Assembly: GCA_030704615.1 (NCBI GenBank)
Contig: CM060731.1
Span: forward strand, 57,908,001 to 57,972,000
From: Takakia lepidozioides
Lineage: Eukaryota; Plantae; Bryophyta
Reading direction: 5' to 3'
DNA length: 64,000 nucleotides
Program-made: the position numbers and the translations under genes
In this document: in pieces, positions 1 through 13,447 of the stretch
How positions within the stretch are numbered: the first letter of the stretch is position 1
How the letters are laid out: every line of letters begins with the position of its first letter
The notes under the pieces: model-generated
Seen by the model: the letters and a program-made list of their open reading frames with translations, nothing else
Told to the model about the DNA's origin: nothing
Database searches by the model: none

Positions 1-305
1 TGCTTCTTGTGCACTTTACATTGCAGCAGGCAGGTCACTACCAGCCTCTATAGTTGGTATAGACTTGCTTGGCCTGTTTCCCACACAAGGGTTTTGTAGT
101 ATAAGTCAATTTTTTAGCATTCCTTAGGAGTTGCCCAGTCAGACCCAATTTGCCACACAGACTCACTTTGAGTTGCAGTACTCTACCACATCCATCCCCC
201 GATCCTATGCAGTATGCAAATAGTATCTCAATATTAAGGATTTAGACAATGTCACAAAATTTCGCAATCTTGAAAGCTGGTAAGGTACTGGTTTGTCAAG
301 CCAAC

Positions 306-1211
306 CTGAGACCCCAATAAGCTGCACAGCTCGAAATGCATTGATAAACGAGAGCGAGAAAAATAGGCCACTCAGAAGAGCTTGCGGGGCGAAGACAAAC
401 TTGCACTTCAACAGCATCAGCAGGCTGCTCAACACCACCCCCCAACTGTTCCCCGCCCAGTGCCAACCATCCCATAGTAAAAGGACTGCATCGTTCACGT
501 GATACAATTTTGAGTTTCAAACAAATTACCAAGATAGGCGTAAGATTCGTGTCTCCATTTACCAAAGCGAAGTCAGTGTAATCAGGCTGAAGTGGAGTTG
601 GGACAGGAGCCTAAACCTTGGAACGTCTCAATCAAACGGAGACCCAACAATGGAACTCTGCAATACGTCCGTCCGCCAAATCTGGGGACCGCTGAATCTA
701 AGGTCACAATATCATGGTAAAAACCCATCCAGTATACACCTTCCTCTTCAAATTGGAAAACGGTGGACGAAATTGGTCTCAATTCAAGACCTGTCTATGG
801 TAGAAATTCTCAAACAGTGACTTCCGACAACTGCATAGCCCCAATTATTGGCTTCCCTATTTGCAAATCCGCACTGCCACCGTCTAAACAACACTAAACA
901 CTACAATGAAAGAGCAAGCATCGTCGTCATTAGTGGTGCTGAATGTCCAGTGGACTGCAAGAGACACAGAAAGGGTAAGACTCGTACGATGCCCAGAAGT
1001 TGAAAATAATCGGGTCCACATGAGCACGTAGGACAGAAGGAAGTTTGGAGAAGATACTGAAGCTGCCATTGGCAACAGCGGAGAGAATGGCCAGCAGCAA
1101 GCCCAACGCCAAGGCCTTGCCCCCTCCCGCTTCCAAAAACTTGTCCCCATCTCCATGAGCTGTAGCTAGAATGACCCCCATCAAACCTAGTGTCTTCAAA
1201 TGGCGAGTCAT
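306..1211 (-). CDS. Multi-TM membrane protein, TMEM144/DMT-superfamily-like; first two exons (1211-988, 445-306), 3' part unresolved and probably leaving the window
   Basis: Hydrophobic segments LALGLLLAILSAVANGSFSIFSK...VDPIIFNFWAS splice in frame (GT at 987, AG ending 446) to WGVVLSSLLMLL...ALLSGLFFSLSFINAFRAVQLIGVS. Confidence 0.55.
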
Positions 1212-2189
1212 ATTCTTTGACAGTCGGAGATAACGGATATACTTCCCCGTGCTACCCTGCGTGCACTACATGCAGCGTCGGTTGAACCTCCCGGTAGGTT
1301 TCCGAAATTTCGAGCTAGAAGTCAGATCAGAGGGGTGGGAGAGACTCGAGCAGAGAGACACAATGATAGATTCAAGGCGTCACAGGTGTGAATACCACCC
1401 AATATGACTGCCGGAAGACGTTTCTCAAGGAGCAATTACAATGCTCCAACCAACTCATGTCCAAGCAAAATGCCCCAACTTCAAATTTCAAACCTGAAGT
1501 TATTTACTACAGTGTGAGAACCACGACATCCCCCTTCAGATTCTCTGGGACGAAGCGATGCGAAATTCGATCCACGCCATGTTTGATCCCATGAGAAAAG
1601 GAACACGCAGTGCGATGTTGAGATGGCTGCGGAGCCCACACGGGAATTGCTGGCGAGGCCGAGCGTCGCATGCACAGGGACACGTGAGGGAGAGCTGATC
1701 AGCTCGCCCGCCCGCCCCTGCCATCTGGCTTGTATCTTCCCCTCACACGTGCCACCTGGCAAACGACTGTCCTCATCCTCTCTGGCCTACTTACCACCTA
1801 CCCATACTTATAAAATTGCAAGGGATTCCCCAGAAATTAAAACTTATCATTCACTGATTTATTTCAAAAACAGTGTGGCTAGTGGCTATCCTTACAAAGG
1901 AAATTAAGGGGGGAAAAGAGGCATTTTTCGCCAAGGTAGGAGGGGTAGCCATATTATTTATTATCTTCAGTTACTATTATTATTATTATACCTAGGGTAG
2001 CCTATGCCGTTGGCCCAAGTGTCCAGTGTCATCTAAGTGCAATCCCTGGATGAATATGAAAGGAAATGATGTAAAATATTGAAATGATGATATCCATCAT
2101 CTTCGTATGATGTGAGGGGTTATTTTCCATGAATTTATTGAGTAGTAATATATCCAAAGAAGTTCTATTGAGAATGGGACTCCCACCCA

Positions 2190-2640
2190 TTGTCACCTAT
2201 TAACCTGTTCCTTAAGCAAGACATTGGTTCCAAAACAAAACCTTTCACTACCCCGTTTTTGAATGCCTCGGAGACTGTACGCTTTTGGCACATATGGGAG
2301 GCTAGGTGTGCCTGGACCCTCTCGAGCAGGACTTGCTCAATTTCCTCTTTGCTCTCCCGAGTTTTTTGGGATCTTCAGATTGAAGCAAGGAGGGCTTGGT
2401 CTAAACTTTGTGCAGATATGGCAATGAAACCCCAGCAAGCAGCAGCACTCCACTCGGTCTTCCGATCTACCTGGGCCAGAAATGGTCATATCTGCAGCAG
2501 TCCCTCACCCTCAGACTGCACATGGACAGCGCTACCACCAGTCACCTGGAGAAACATCGGAGCGGCCCTCCATGGTGTCACCAGAGTTTGAAAGATAAAT
2601 CAATTGGCGCCACATCCGATCGTCCAACAAGCCCCACTTT
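2190..2640 (+). mobile_element. Degenerate non-LTR (LINE) ORF2 C-terminal remnant
   Basis: TVRFWHIWEARCAWTLS resembles the W.IW..RN motif downstream of the LINE zf-RVT; similar to the remnant at 31.3-32.0 kb. Confidence 0.45.
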
Positions 2641-2847
2641 ACTTAGACAGTAGCAATTCCCTCTGCCTTCTCTACAAGTGATTTCTCTACAAGTTCCATA
2701 TTTCAAATAGTTATGTCTCTCAACGTCTTATATGCCCGCAATCGTTGCACTTCGATGGTGCTTGCCTCAACCCCCTAGTGGATTCTCGGTTTAGTAGGGC
2801 CCAGCCACTACTACCCCTTCTTGCTGCTATCTCGAATGAAGGTACTC

Positions 2848-3854
2848 TGTCGAGCGGCTTTTACTCACCCATCCCTTCGCTATCCGAGGTGGGAACTCCA
2901 AGATAGAAGAGTTGGATATCTTTAAGCACTCAGCCCGCTCAGAACAATCAATCATGACCTACAGCTAGTGTACCATGGGGGTGTTTCCTATTTGTATTCT
3001 TTCTCGCATTCATATTAGCACATTACCTCACTGTCTATGTTTAAGTATCAGATTGCTTCATCAATCTATCAGGTTCCAACCACTCATCCATTCATTCCAC
3101 AGCTTCCCTCAGGTATCTCTACACAGTGTGAGTATGGAATATGTATCAGATTAAGTTATATCAAGTAACAGGCCGGAGCCATGGTGTCTCTAATCTGCTC
3201 TATAGTATAACTCTACAGCTTGCATGAATCAAGCATCAACAATTCGGGACTCTTCCTTCACTGTGCTCTCCATTCCTCAGCTCCAGATCATTCTCCCTCC
3301 CTGAAGGTCAATAACGTCACCCCCAAATGTCCCCCAAGAAGTGTCCTCCATGTTGCTGCTCTGCAAGCTGTTCTAACCGCCTAACTAACTAATTGTCACC
3401 CAAGAAATAAGCACGTTCCCTCTACAGATGTCATTCCCACACAGTCGTTCCCTGCCAATGATAACCGTTCTCTATGTGCGCTGTGACGGACTGTGCCAAG
3501 CTGTGTCGGGCTGTGACCGTGCCGAGCTGTGACTGGCTATGTTGGACTGTGTCGGGTTGTGACTGGCTGTGTGAAACTGTGCGAAGCTGTGTCGGACTGT
3601 GGTTGACTGTGTCGGGTTGTGTCGGCTGTGATAGAATGTGATAGGCTGTGTAAGGCTGTGATAAGCTGCATAAGGCTGTGTCAGACTGTGACAAGTTGTG
3701 TCTAACTGTGTAATGTTGTGACTGACTGTGTAAGCCTGTCTACCATCCTTAAGGCCTATGCTGGTCCAAGTCTACCATCCGTAAGTCTGTGCAAAAATTA
3801 AGGGTACCCCACAGAACCCATAAAAGTGTCTAAGTCCCAGACAGCCCTCTAACA
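2848..3854 (-). repeat. 3' LTR of the gypsy element
   Basis: Highly similar to 29287-30238; bounded by TGTC...AACA; preceded by TSD TACTC. Confidence 0.93.
3480..3745. repeat. 10-bp-period GCTGTG-core minisatellite in the LTR (also 29905-30125 and internally at 11078-11190)
   Basis: Repeats such as gctgtgtcgg/gctgtgacgg/gctgtgataa at ~10-bp period. Confidence 0.85.
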
Positions 3855-3876
3855 TTACCCCTCCCCCTCTCAAAAA
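3855..3876 (-). other. Polypurine tract
   Basis: Plus-strand ttacccctccccctctc reads GAGAGGGGGAGGGGTAA on the minus strand directly before the 3' LTR. Confidence 0.85.
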
Positions 3877-3885
3877 GCCGTGTCC

Positions 3886-6192
3886 TTACGGTTTACTGTT
3901 TAGGGTCAGCAAACCTCTGTGAACGAGGACCTTTCTATCGGTGAGAGTCTCGTGGAGGGCTTCGTGTGCGAACCCGAGCCCTGTCACTGGCTGGTGGAGA
4001 TGAGTGTCGACTAGCTGGAACTGGCGGCCTTGGTTTAGTTTGAGAAGGAAGTAAATACTGTGGTATAGGAGATTCCGTCGTCTTTTCTCCTCCATTGCTA
4101 AATCATACTCCTCATCCATGTCAAAGTTGCCCTCCACTGAACCAGTAGTATCAGAATCATCTTCCCCCCTGTGAGCTTTTGGTGGCCTGACCTTTTCGAT
4201 AATTCTGCATGGCACACAGTGTTTGCTCACCATGTCTGGAAGCTTAAACTTCAAAACCTACATCAATCTCTTACGAGCAAAGTTAGTGTACTCCCGGAGC
4301 TCCTTGTCCATATAGACAAGGGGTGTGCCAACGACCTTGGAACAGTGTAAGTACTTCCAGGCTTCATGTCCCTTAGAAAATAGATCGTCAAGGCCAAATT
4401 TTTCTTTGGCCAAATTGTCCAAAGCAAAATTGAACCAAGAACGAAGTAGGGAATCTTTCTGCAACATGATCTTCACATCATACAGATACGTATGGGGTGG
4501 AACTGAAGGTAAGACCCAATGAACCCCAGTGGAATAACTCAGAAATCTCGACTGTATCTTCTGCTGCTCAATGTGATAACGTGCAATGAAACAAGCAGCA
4601 TAGTATAATCCACAGCCCATGACCAAACTAGGTACCTCCTTGATCTTGGTGTAGATGTACCCATGAACAACCTGGAAGGCAATTAATTCCTTCAGCATGG
4701 TGCCTGCCTCAGACTAGTACCTTGCAAAATGGTGATCCTCAATGGGTCGGTTGTTCGGAAGAACCTTAGTCCGAGTTGCCACTGGCAACCAAATGCGCAT
4801 GATCTGGTAATAGTGTGCCAAAGACTCTGGAGGACTAAATTCCTTCCAAGCCAAATCCAGCACAATGGGAATTTGGTTGAAGAGCATAATCATAGCCCGA
4901 TTGTACTCAAGTGCAGCAGGAGTCCTAGGTGGGTTAAAAGTAGCATCCCCCCAAACCTCAGATTGCTGCAGGGCCATGGTATCCACAGTGTCCACCTGCT
5001 GTGGTTGCTGTGATATTGGTGCCACTGTCCCTCCTGTTGTTGGCAAGTCCTGCACCTCCTGTGATGAAGATTGGAAAATCAGAGTCCTGGCATGCAAATA
5101 AGCAGTCACCAGCTGTTCCTCAGGAACAAAGGCTCTTTTGTCAATGTTGGAACTCAAGTCATCCACTTGAGTCTGCAGCCCTTCCACATCATCATGCAAC
5201 TCAGCTATTCTACTATAGACATTGTCTATAGTGGTTGTGGCAATGTTCTGCACCTGCAGCCTGAGATCATTCATCTCCTTCTGTGTGAGCTTCCTTGGTG
5301 TCTTCCCTTCTACCGGTCCTTGTGTTAACCACACTTGCATAAGATGATTATCCACCAAGTCTTGTGTAGCACCCCTGAGAGCCTGCTCCTCCTTGAGTCT
5401 GTACATATCTAACTGCTGCTGTAAAGCCTCCATGCGCTTTGCATGAGGTTCAACCAAAGCTGCATAGGCAGCAGTCAGATTATTGGCTTCCTTCCAAGCC
5501 TTGGTAGTCACAGAAAGCTCATTCTTTCGTGATATGAGTATTTGCTGCAACTCAAGGATGTATCTGTCATTCTCAACCTCAATCCGACTGTATTGTTGAA
5601 AGGTATCTTCATTGCGATGGATAGTAGCCTTCAAATCAGCGATGAGTTTTCCCTGCTCGACTGACTCAGCCTCCACCATCATACATCTCTCGGCTTGTTT
5701 GTTAACTTCTAATGCAGTGTTCTCTAGAGTAGTTGTTAGCGAGACACATTGGATGGTCATTTTCTGATGAACTGCCTCCAACTCTGTATGAAGCAACTTC
5801 ACTTCATGCAGTTTGCCCTCATGCTTCACTTGCAACTGGTATAACTGCTGCTTGTGCACTTCATGCAATTTCTGCTGCTCCAGACCTGCTTCAATACAGC
5901 AGCCGAAACTAATTGCGGGCCCATTAATGCATCCAGGAAACAGGTAACGGAACCCTTTACACGTACAGCAAAGGGGGACCTTTGCCACATGTGCTGTCCT
6001 AATGGGCATTCCAGGTGGGAATGTGAGCAGATGGGGGTAAAATTTAGAAGTTACCCGAGGAGGCAAGCCAACCAGGAGCGAGAATTTCATGCAGGTGGTT
6101 CCCTCTAAGAAACAAGAACAAGAAATTAGAAAAGTTATGAGCGGAAGAGTCGAGGTTGCTCCGAATAACCAGCGTCTCGACGAGAGGGGCAA
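3886..6192 (-). pseudogene. Extra sense ORF downstream of pol (coiled-coil protein), broken by two in-frame TAG stops
   Basis: ORFs 4714..6192, 4258..4698 and 3886..4254 share one frame separated by single stops; long Q/E/L-rich helical region; ends just before the PPT. Confidence 0.7.
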
Positions 6193-7138
6193 TCAAAGCT
6201 ATAGCTTTGCAGCTATGGCAGATATCACAGACTATACGCTAGCTTTACTTCTTACGCAGTGGCGCAAGGACGGAAGGGTTGAAAGGACATTCTCTCTCAC
6301 TCACTATCTGCAAGCCCCATAGGCTTACATTCACTTACTTGTTCCTTTATGTGCCAACCATACTTTCATGCTCTACGCCCTACAAGCTTTCCTACAGCTA
6401 TTCCAAACAAGGCCTTCTTGTTTGTCTGGGATGAAAAGAATTAAGGGAATGGAGGATATCAGAGTGAAGAGCACCACGATTCTACAGAAGCAGGCAATTG
6501 CCACACCGCAGGCGGTGCAGCTGCTGAAAGAGTTGCGATTGGAAGGGCTGTTACGCAAAGAATGGTCCTTGCATCATCGTGGGTTCATGATTCAATTCAA
6601 TCAGAACTTTGAGCCTCGGACAGGAGTTACACAGGTGAGGGGAGTAGATATAGAGATTACTCCCCAGTACTTGCAGCAAGTGTTTGAATTGCCATCCGGC
6701 CTTGTGCATGTGGATGAGCACAGGGCAAGATTGCATTGAAACCATCATACTCGCCGACCATCCCTCCTGGCTGTCTTTGCACTCCTACCTGGGCTGACAT
6801 TATCAACCGTGCTAACCTTGGTATTGCTCCAGAATCTTTTCGATTACCCGTTCGAGCTATTATGACTATCCCTCATTGGTTGTCCACGGATACCATTATC
6901 AATAGGTGCATCTACAGCTTCCTTAAATAAATGATTTATTTGATAAAACCCTAGGGCTTCATCTACAACCTCTGCTGCCAAAGATCATTAGAAGAGATCA
7001 TACTGGTTTTCTTAAGGACCGGGGATTTGTTCCAAGAAACGAGTTTCTTTAAGACTCTAGGATACACCTGCACCAAGGCCGAGTACCCAGGGTTAAGGGA
7101 AGTAGGCCAAATACTGAACGTTCTGTTTGCCATAAAAC

Positions 7139-9718
7139 CACTACAAGAGATGAGCGTTTTTAGGACTACGGCTTTGGCGGAGTCATAAAAACTACACTAG
7201 GTAGATGACTACAGAGCGCTGAAATGCATTGCAATCATAGTTTTATGACTTTGTAGTAATGGATATCACTACATGACTCCGGAAAGTTAGGGAGCATTGG
7301 TCAAACATTGTTGACCATGATGACAGGGATGGTTTATATGACTAGTGTGATATGTTTGACTACACGTGGACGACGTTTCATGGAATCTTATGACTCCATG
7401 ACTGAAGATGGTTTCACAGCTCTATTTATACGACTACATCACTACACATGTCATTTTGAAGGCACATATAATGCAAATAAGGTTGCCCATTAGGTTTAAA
7501 AAAGTTAAAAAGTTGCTAATAAGGTTGCCCATTAGGGTAATCATGAACAGAAAGGAGGGCTGGGACTTGGCGTTTTTTTTTGTCTCTTGCGCCACACCAC
7601 ATAGCCGAGGGATGGAACGCAATGATAGCAGGATATGCAGGGGCGTGGGATGGAGGCGTTGAGCAAATGATGCACGAAGGAGAAGAGGAGGAGGAGAGGA
7701 GACGAGGAGAAGCGAGCTCGCCGTTCTTGGGAGAGCCAGCTTGGTCTTAGCAGGCGTGTTTCAATCTCTGACTACTCAGCTACGCCGTAGTGTTCGATCT
7801 CACAGACCAATCCGACATTACCTGACTACAGACACAAGCAGCACACACAAGAGGTCCTTTTAGGTTGATGGTCGGTCAAATCCTCCATGGGTCAGGACAG
7901 GTCAAGGACAATGTGGTAGGGCACCTTCTTCTTCAACCTATTTTCAGCCTGTGTTGCCCTCTCATCAGACTCGGCCGCAAGATACATATTGAATTCTGTA
8001 AGTTAGGTCATTGGGTAGATCTGTGGTGGTTTGGAGTGACTTTGGCAAGTTACTGCTAGTGTGGCAGCAGGGAAGTATCCAAAAACATATAATAGAGGTG
8101 AGGAGAAGCTTTGGGGTGAACACTTTCCGACCAGTCAATGGTAGGACAATGGAGACAAAAAGGCGAATGCCTGTTGGACTACAGAGAGAAGCAGATGCAT
8201 TTCAGATTGTGATAAGTAGGGTTGGGGTGTTTTGGGGAAGAACTCCACACCAGTATGGTTGGGGTGTTTGCTGGTAGAATTCTAGGCTGTCAGAGGCATT
8301 TTAATGTTGAATTCTGCAAGTTAGCTCGTTGGTGGATCTATGGTAGTTTTGGAGTGATTTTGACATGTTACTGCCAATGTGGTCGATAGGAAAGTATCAC
8401 TAAATAGATAACAGAGACTCGAGGAGAAGCTCTAGGATGAATACGTTCCCGACCTCAGTCAATGGTGGAACAATCGAGGCAAAAGGTGAATGTCTGTTGG
8501 AAGCAGACGCAAGTCAGCATAGGAACTAGTGTGATAAGTAGGGTTGGGTGTTTGCTCAAGCAATTCTAGGCTGTCATTGTCAGCTGCTAGCAGCAAGGCG
8601 AGGATGTATGCATGATTTGTGCAGGGGCATGGATAGCTGAAGGAGCAGAGATAGATGTGTGGGTCCAGATTCATCCAAGAGGGCCGGATTTCAAGCTCCA
8701 TATTACCTATGATTCCCTATGGAAGGATAGGTACAAAAAACCTGCATGGGTAGATGGTAAACTGGAAGCCGCAGCAGCAGCGGCACAATTGATCAAATCA
8801 GGCACTGTTAATCAAGGCACCTTCTTCAACACATTTCACCTTGTTTTTCCCGTAAGTATTGCACTGTTTAACAGAGTCCTTGATTCTAGTAGCACCAGAA
8901 CAAACTAGTATTACAACAATTCAGCCCATGTGTGGGCTTGCTTATTTTTTGCTTTACTGGACCTTTTCAGGCATGGATTTTTGGACCTTGTGGCCTTTGA
9001 GGTGTCCATTGGGACATTGGTCTCATTTGGATTTTTGTAATATAATTTACACGGCGTGTGTTCCCCTGTACTTGTCTATTTTGAATGTCCTTGTGGTTGC
9101 TAGTATGCAAGAGGGGTCCATTCTGTTTTTATATCAGAATTTTACCATGTAATGAAGAATTTAAATCATTTAATCTATTTTTATTTTTTATAACATTATT
9201 AAATTAAACAATAATACCATTTAAATTTTTCCAAGCTGCTATCCCCTGTTTTCAAAAATAAAATATAAATTTAAGAATTTAAAATTACAAATATAACTAT
9301 TAAATTATTTTCAGAGACATTCTTGATGACACGTGGCATAAACCCTGTCATATATACTAGTCATATATTATGTCTAAGTGCCACATGTCACATCTAAAGT
9401 GCAACAGGTGTTGTGACGTGTCGCTTGCGTAGTGGTGCACGTGTTCCTCTAAAGCCTCTCCATGTAGGCAACGCTCATCAGACAATGTAGTCATATAGTT
9501 AGTCGTATGTAAGTCATAGAGTTGTAACTACATCACTCTCTTATGCATGACTCCAGGTGCCACGCACGCAGTCACGGTTATGACTTGCAAAATGCAGTCC
9601 TAAAGACTAGTCGCTATGACAGGGCTTTTTTCACTACAGAGTGATGTAGTCATGAACGCATATAGGACTGAAAAAATAGTCATATGTGCAATCATAAAAA
9701 CGCTCATCTGTTGTAGTG
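7139..9718. mobile_element. Non-autonomous CACTA (EnSpm) element carrying host-like sequence
   Basis: TIRs CACTACAAGAGATGAGCGTTTTTA / TAAAAACGCTCATCTGTTGTAGTG (24 bp, 1 mismatch); 3-bp TSD AAC (7136-7138, 9719-9721); subterminal ATGACT/AGTCAT motifs; no transposase. Confidence 0.93.
7725..8850 (+). repeat. CACTA-internal segment homologous to 46120-47225 (5' region of the PPR locus)
   Basis: Long matching stretches, e.g. gacacaagcagcacacacaagaggtccttt and caattctaggctgtcattgtcagctgc...gggccggatttcaagctcca; peptide ITYDSLW...KKPAWVDG.L..AAAAAQLIKSGT in both. Confidence 0.9.
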
Positions 9719-11299
9719 AACAGAACCAACAGTATCTTAGCAGGTCTTTCATGGAAAAAGTACTGAAAGCCTTGAGGGGAGATGATGTGGCTTGGGCAGA
9801 GTTGATATACAATGGTCTAGTAGAGGAGATGAAGCGGTTACAAAATACTATTGCTAAGTCCCCAATTATTGTCTCTGGCCCAATAATTGCACAAATTATC
9901 CTTGACTCTTGTTTGCTTGATGCGTGAGAACGCAAGGAGATGGGAGTGTTTGAGACGGCTACAACTGCAATTGAGGAGCAGGGCTCTTCACACGGTGAAG
10001 GAGGATTGGAGGGGCAGCACCAGTCCAAGAGGCAGAAGCGGAATACGACCGTAGTGGCAAATCCACTAGCTACAAGGAAACCACAAGATGATGTTTCCAT
10101 AGCGTTTGTGCAGGATGAGTAGTAGCAGCACATGGGGCTGTTATTACTGGAAGCACGGCCTTTGGAGATGGAGGAAGAAGTCACCTTAGTACCACAACCA
10201 CCACAGCCAGTTGATTCAGTTGCCCCAGGGGTAACCCAGCTTGTACATGTTGTTACACCAGAGCCTATTGCTGTGGAAGGAGAAGGGTTGGACATCCCCA
10301 CTACAGAGCAGGTAGTGGCAGAAATTGAGAAAGGTGACCTTCTCTATGAAAACTCTAGATTCGTCAGGGAACCAGTAGTACCAAAGATGCAGAATTTGAC
10401 CAAGGAAATCCCTCCTGTGCAAGTCATGCCCACACTTGTGGAGGAGGTTCAAGGGGTAGAGTGTAAGGGCACTGTAGCACCTGTGGAGAATGAGGACGCT
10501 TAAGAAGAAGATCTTGTGGGATCATTGCCTGAATGGTTGGTGAAACATCACACTGTGGAGAATCAGGGGGACCACCAACAAGTTCCCCATGAAGACCCAC
10601 AATAGGCCATGCTTATGAGTTCCATAAGCAGGACACTAAATTTGTTGGGCACTTATGTGAAATCCCATGTTCCTTCCACACAATTGGCAGCATTAAGGGA
10701 GGAACTCAAGCAAGAGTTTGAGGCAAGAATTGCCACTGAGTGTGCCAAGAAGGTGGATGTGGAGGCTAACCATAAGTTGCAGAAAGAGTTGGAGAACACT
10801 CAGACTGCCCTACAGCTTGCAAAGGCCCGGGTAGGTATTTCGACGGCCCATTTTGTCTTTTTTCATGATAACACCCGCTATTGCAGTACATGCAAAGCGG
10901 AGTGCTTTGCCCCTTAGGCCACGTGTTTGAATTCAAACACTCTCCCGTCCCCCTCTGTCTGCGTGGCTTTTCCTCCGAGTTTGACCCCCAAGTTGACCTT
11001 ACACTTACCGGCCACTTTTCTGACGTTAACCCGCGTCCACCTGTCACTGACCCTATGGACTATGCAACCCGCATGGGATGTGGTGGGCTGTGACGGGCTG
11101 TGTCAGGCTGTGATGGGCTGTGATAAGCTGTGTTAAGCTGTGGTGGGCTGTGATAGGCTGTGTTAAATTGTGGTGAGCTGTGATGATTGTGTGAACACCC
11201 ATGTTCTCTGTTATGGCCATACACATTCGGTTTCACAACAAGTGCTTCATGCTCCGTTGGTATTACTGGTGTAGGCTGTGATGGCATCTGTATTTCAAT

Positions 11300-13447
11300 A
11301 TGCAAATCATGCTGCAATGGTTTGTCATGGATACCACTGTATCCCTTCAACTTATTGGCATTGACTCTTCCAAGCATCTCTTTGTTAATGGTTTGTAGCA
11401 TGGTTGTATTGTTATCATACATTTTCTGTATGACATAAGGTCATTTCCATGGCGACTTAAAGTTTAGAAGCTTTAATCTTTCCCTTCTTCTGCAACCATA
11501 GTGCCAAATCACCCGTCTTAAAAAATTTCAATTTACCTTCATCAAATCGATCTTTCCTCGTCATCTGAATTCTGGTCATGTTATCTGCTGCATCAGCACG
11601 TACTTCTTCCATTCATGTTTCCTGACTTTAATTAAATCCTCCAATTCCATTCTCCTTCCCCATTCAGTTCTCATGGTAGGTAATAAAAATTCCACTGGAA
11701 GTAAAGCTTCCATACCATAAACTAATTGGAATGATGTATACTTGGTGGTGACTTTATATGAAGTCCTGTATGACCACAAAGTTGTCAATAGCTTTGTATC
11801 CCGATCCGTTCTGTTTGCATTGACTATCTTAGCCAAAATAGTGCATAGTATTTTGTTGGTGGCCTCTGCCTGCCCATTACCCTGTGGGTAATAGGTTGTA
11901 CTTTTCATGTGCACAATCATGGACTCTTTAGTCAATAGTTCTATGGTCTCATTAATGAAGTGACTTCCCTAGTCACTGATAATTCCAGGGGACAACCAAA
12001 TCTCGTGAGTATGTTCTCATACATGAACCTTGCTGTGGACTTAGTTGTGTTGTCCCTCATAGCCTTAGCTTCCACCCACTTTGTAGTATAATCAGTGGCT
12101 GTGATTATATACTTGTTTTGTGTATTTTTGGCTAGTGGGTTTATTGGTCCAACAAAGTCTAGTCCCCATTTCTGAAATGGTTCAGTAGGCATCGTAGGGT
12201 GCAAAGCCATCTGTCCAGATCTTTGCAAAGGTCCTAGCCTCTGACACTCATCACAACTCTTGCAAATACTTATGTACATCTTTGAACAAAGTAGGCCACC
12301 AGTAACCTGCAAGTAGTATCTTCCTGCTGGTAGTCTCCTCTCCAAAATGTCATCCAGCCACTCCTTTATGAACTTCTTCCAAAACTTTATTTACTTCATG
12401 GTGGTACAAGCATCGTTTAAAAACTCCATCAGGTCCTAACTTATACAATCTGTCACCTATCATAATGTAAGATAAAGCCTTGATAGCTATTCCCTTCCTC
12501 TGTTCCTTCCCATAACTGGGTAGGCAGTGACCATGAGTAAGGTAGTATCTGATTGGCCACTGCCAATCTAACCAATCATCTGCACTTCCTTGCACCTCCA
12601 CTGCAAATAGACTCGCATCAGGTAGTTGGTCGTCCACTCCCATGGCGGGCTCTCCTGTTGATAGGCGTGACAAGTGATCTGCCACAAGATGCAAACGGCC
12701 AGGCTTGTAAACAACTTTGAATTCAAACTTGTGCAAGATTATTAACCATCTTGCTATCCTGCCACTTATCAAAAGCTTGTTCACCAGATAAATCAAAGCC
12801 TGATGATCCACATAAAACATAAACTTCATTTCCAATAGGTAATGCCTGAATTTCTTGACTGCATAAATCATTGCCAGTGCTTCTCTTTCAGTGGTGTTAT
12901 AGTTCCTTTCAACACTGTTCAACAACCTGCTAGCATAGTACACAGGTGAATCTATGTTTCATGTGATATTTTGGGCTAACACAGCTCCCAATGCTTCTCC
13001 TAAGGCATCACAGTGTACATGAAATACTACATGCTAGTGAGGGTTAATCAACACAGGTGTAGTTGTTACTGACAATGTAAGTTCCTCAAAAGTCTGCTGA
13101 CATTCAGCTGTCTATGCAAACACTGCATCCTTCTTCAAAAGCTTGCTCAATGGAGCTGCCATCTGTGCATACCGTTTAACAAACCTTCTATAATAAGTAG
13201 TTTGTCCAAGGAACCTCCTTAGCCCTTTCACGTTACTTGGTGGTGGTGAGGCTTTAATAGCCTCTGTCTTTTTAGGATCCACAAGCAGTCTCTTCTTACA
13301 CACAATGTATCCCAGTAGTACCCCTGAGTTCACACAGACACAAACTCTCAGTTTGTCATTCTTCTTGGGAACTATCACAATGGGTGACAACCAAGTTGTA
13401 TACTCTATCGGGTATATGAACTTAGCCTCTGCCAACTTCTTGATCTC
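11300..13447 (-). pseudogene. Gypsy pol 3' part: RT (internally deleted), RNase H, integrase
   Basis: WLSPIVIVPKK..KLRVCV; YYASRLL...NYNTTEREALAM...FYVDHQAL; [28 protein letters not shown]; frameshifts and stops. Confidence 0.92.

Larger units (their letters stand above)
6368..10830 (+). pseudogene. Extra antisense ORF of the gypsy element (plant-transposon-protein/Transposase_32-like), split by the CACTA insertion
   Basis: FMIQFNQNF...VRGVDIEITPQYLQQVFELP, then after CACTA removal in-frame LFAIK|QNQQYLSRSFMEKVLKALRGDDVAWAELIY; several stops; acidic and coiled-coil tail. Confidence 0.65.

Noticed and set aside
3886-6192. Retroviral env gene
   Set aside because: The position fits, but there is no convincing signal peptide plus TM anchor; the protein is mostly coiled coil.
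10828-11055. Small CpG-rich insertion ending the antisense ORF
   Set aside because: No convincing TIR or TSD found.
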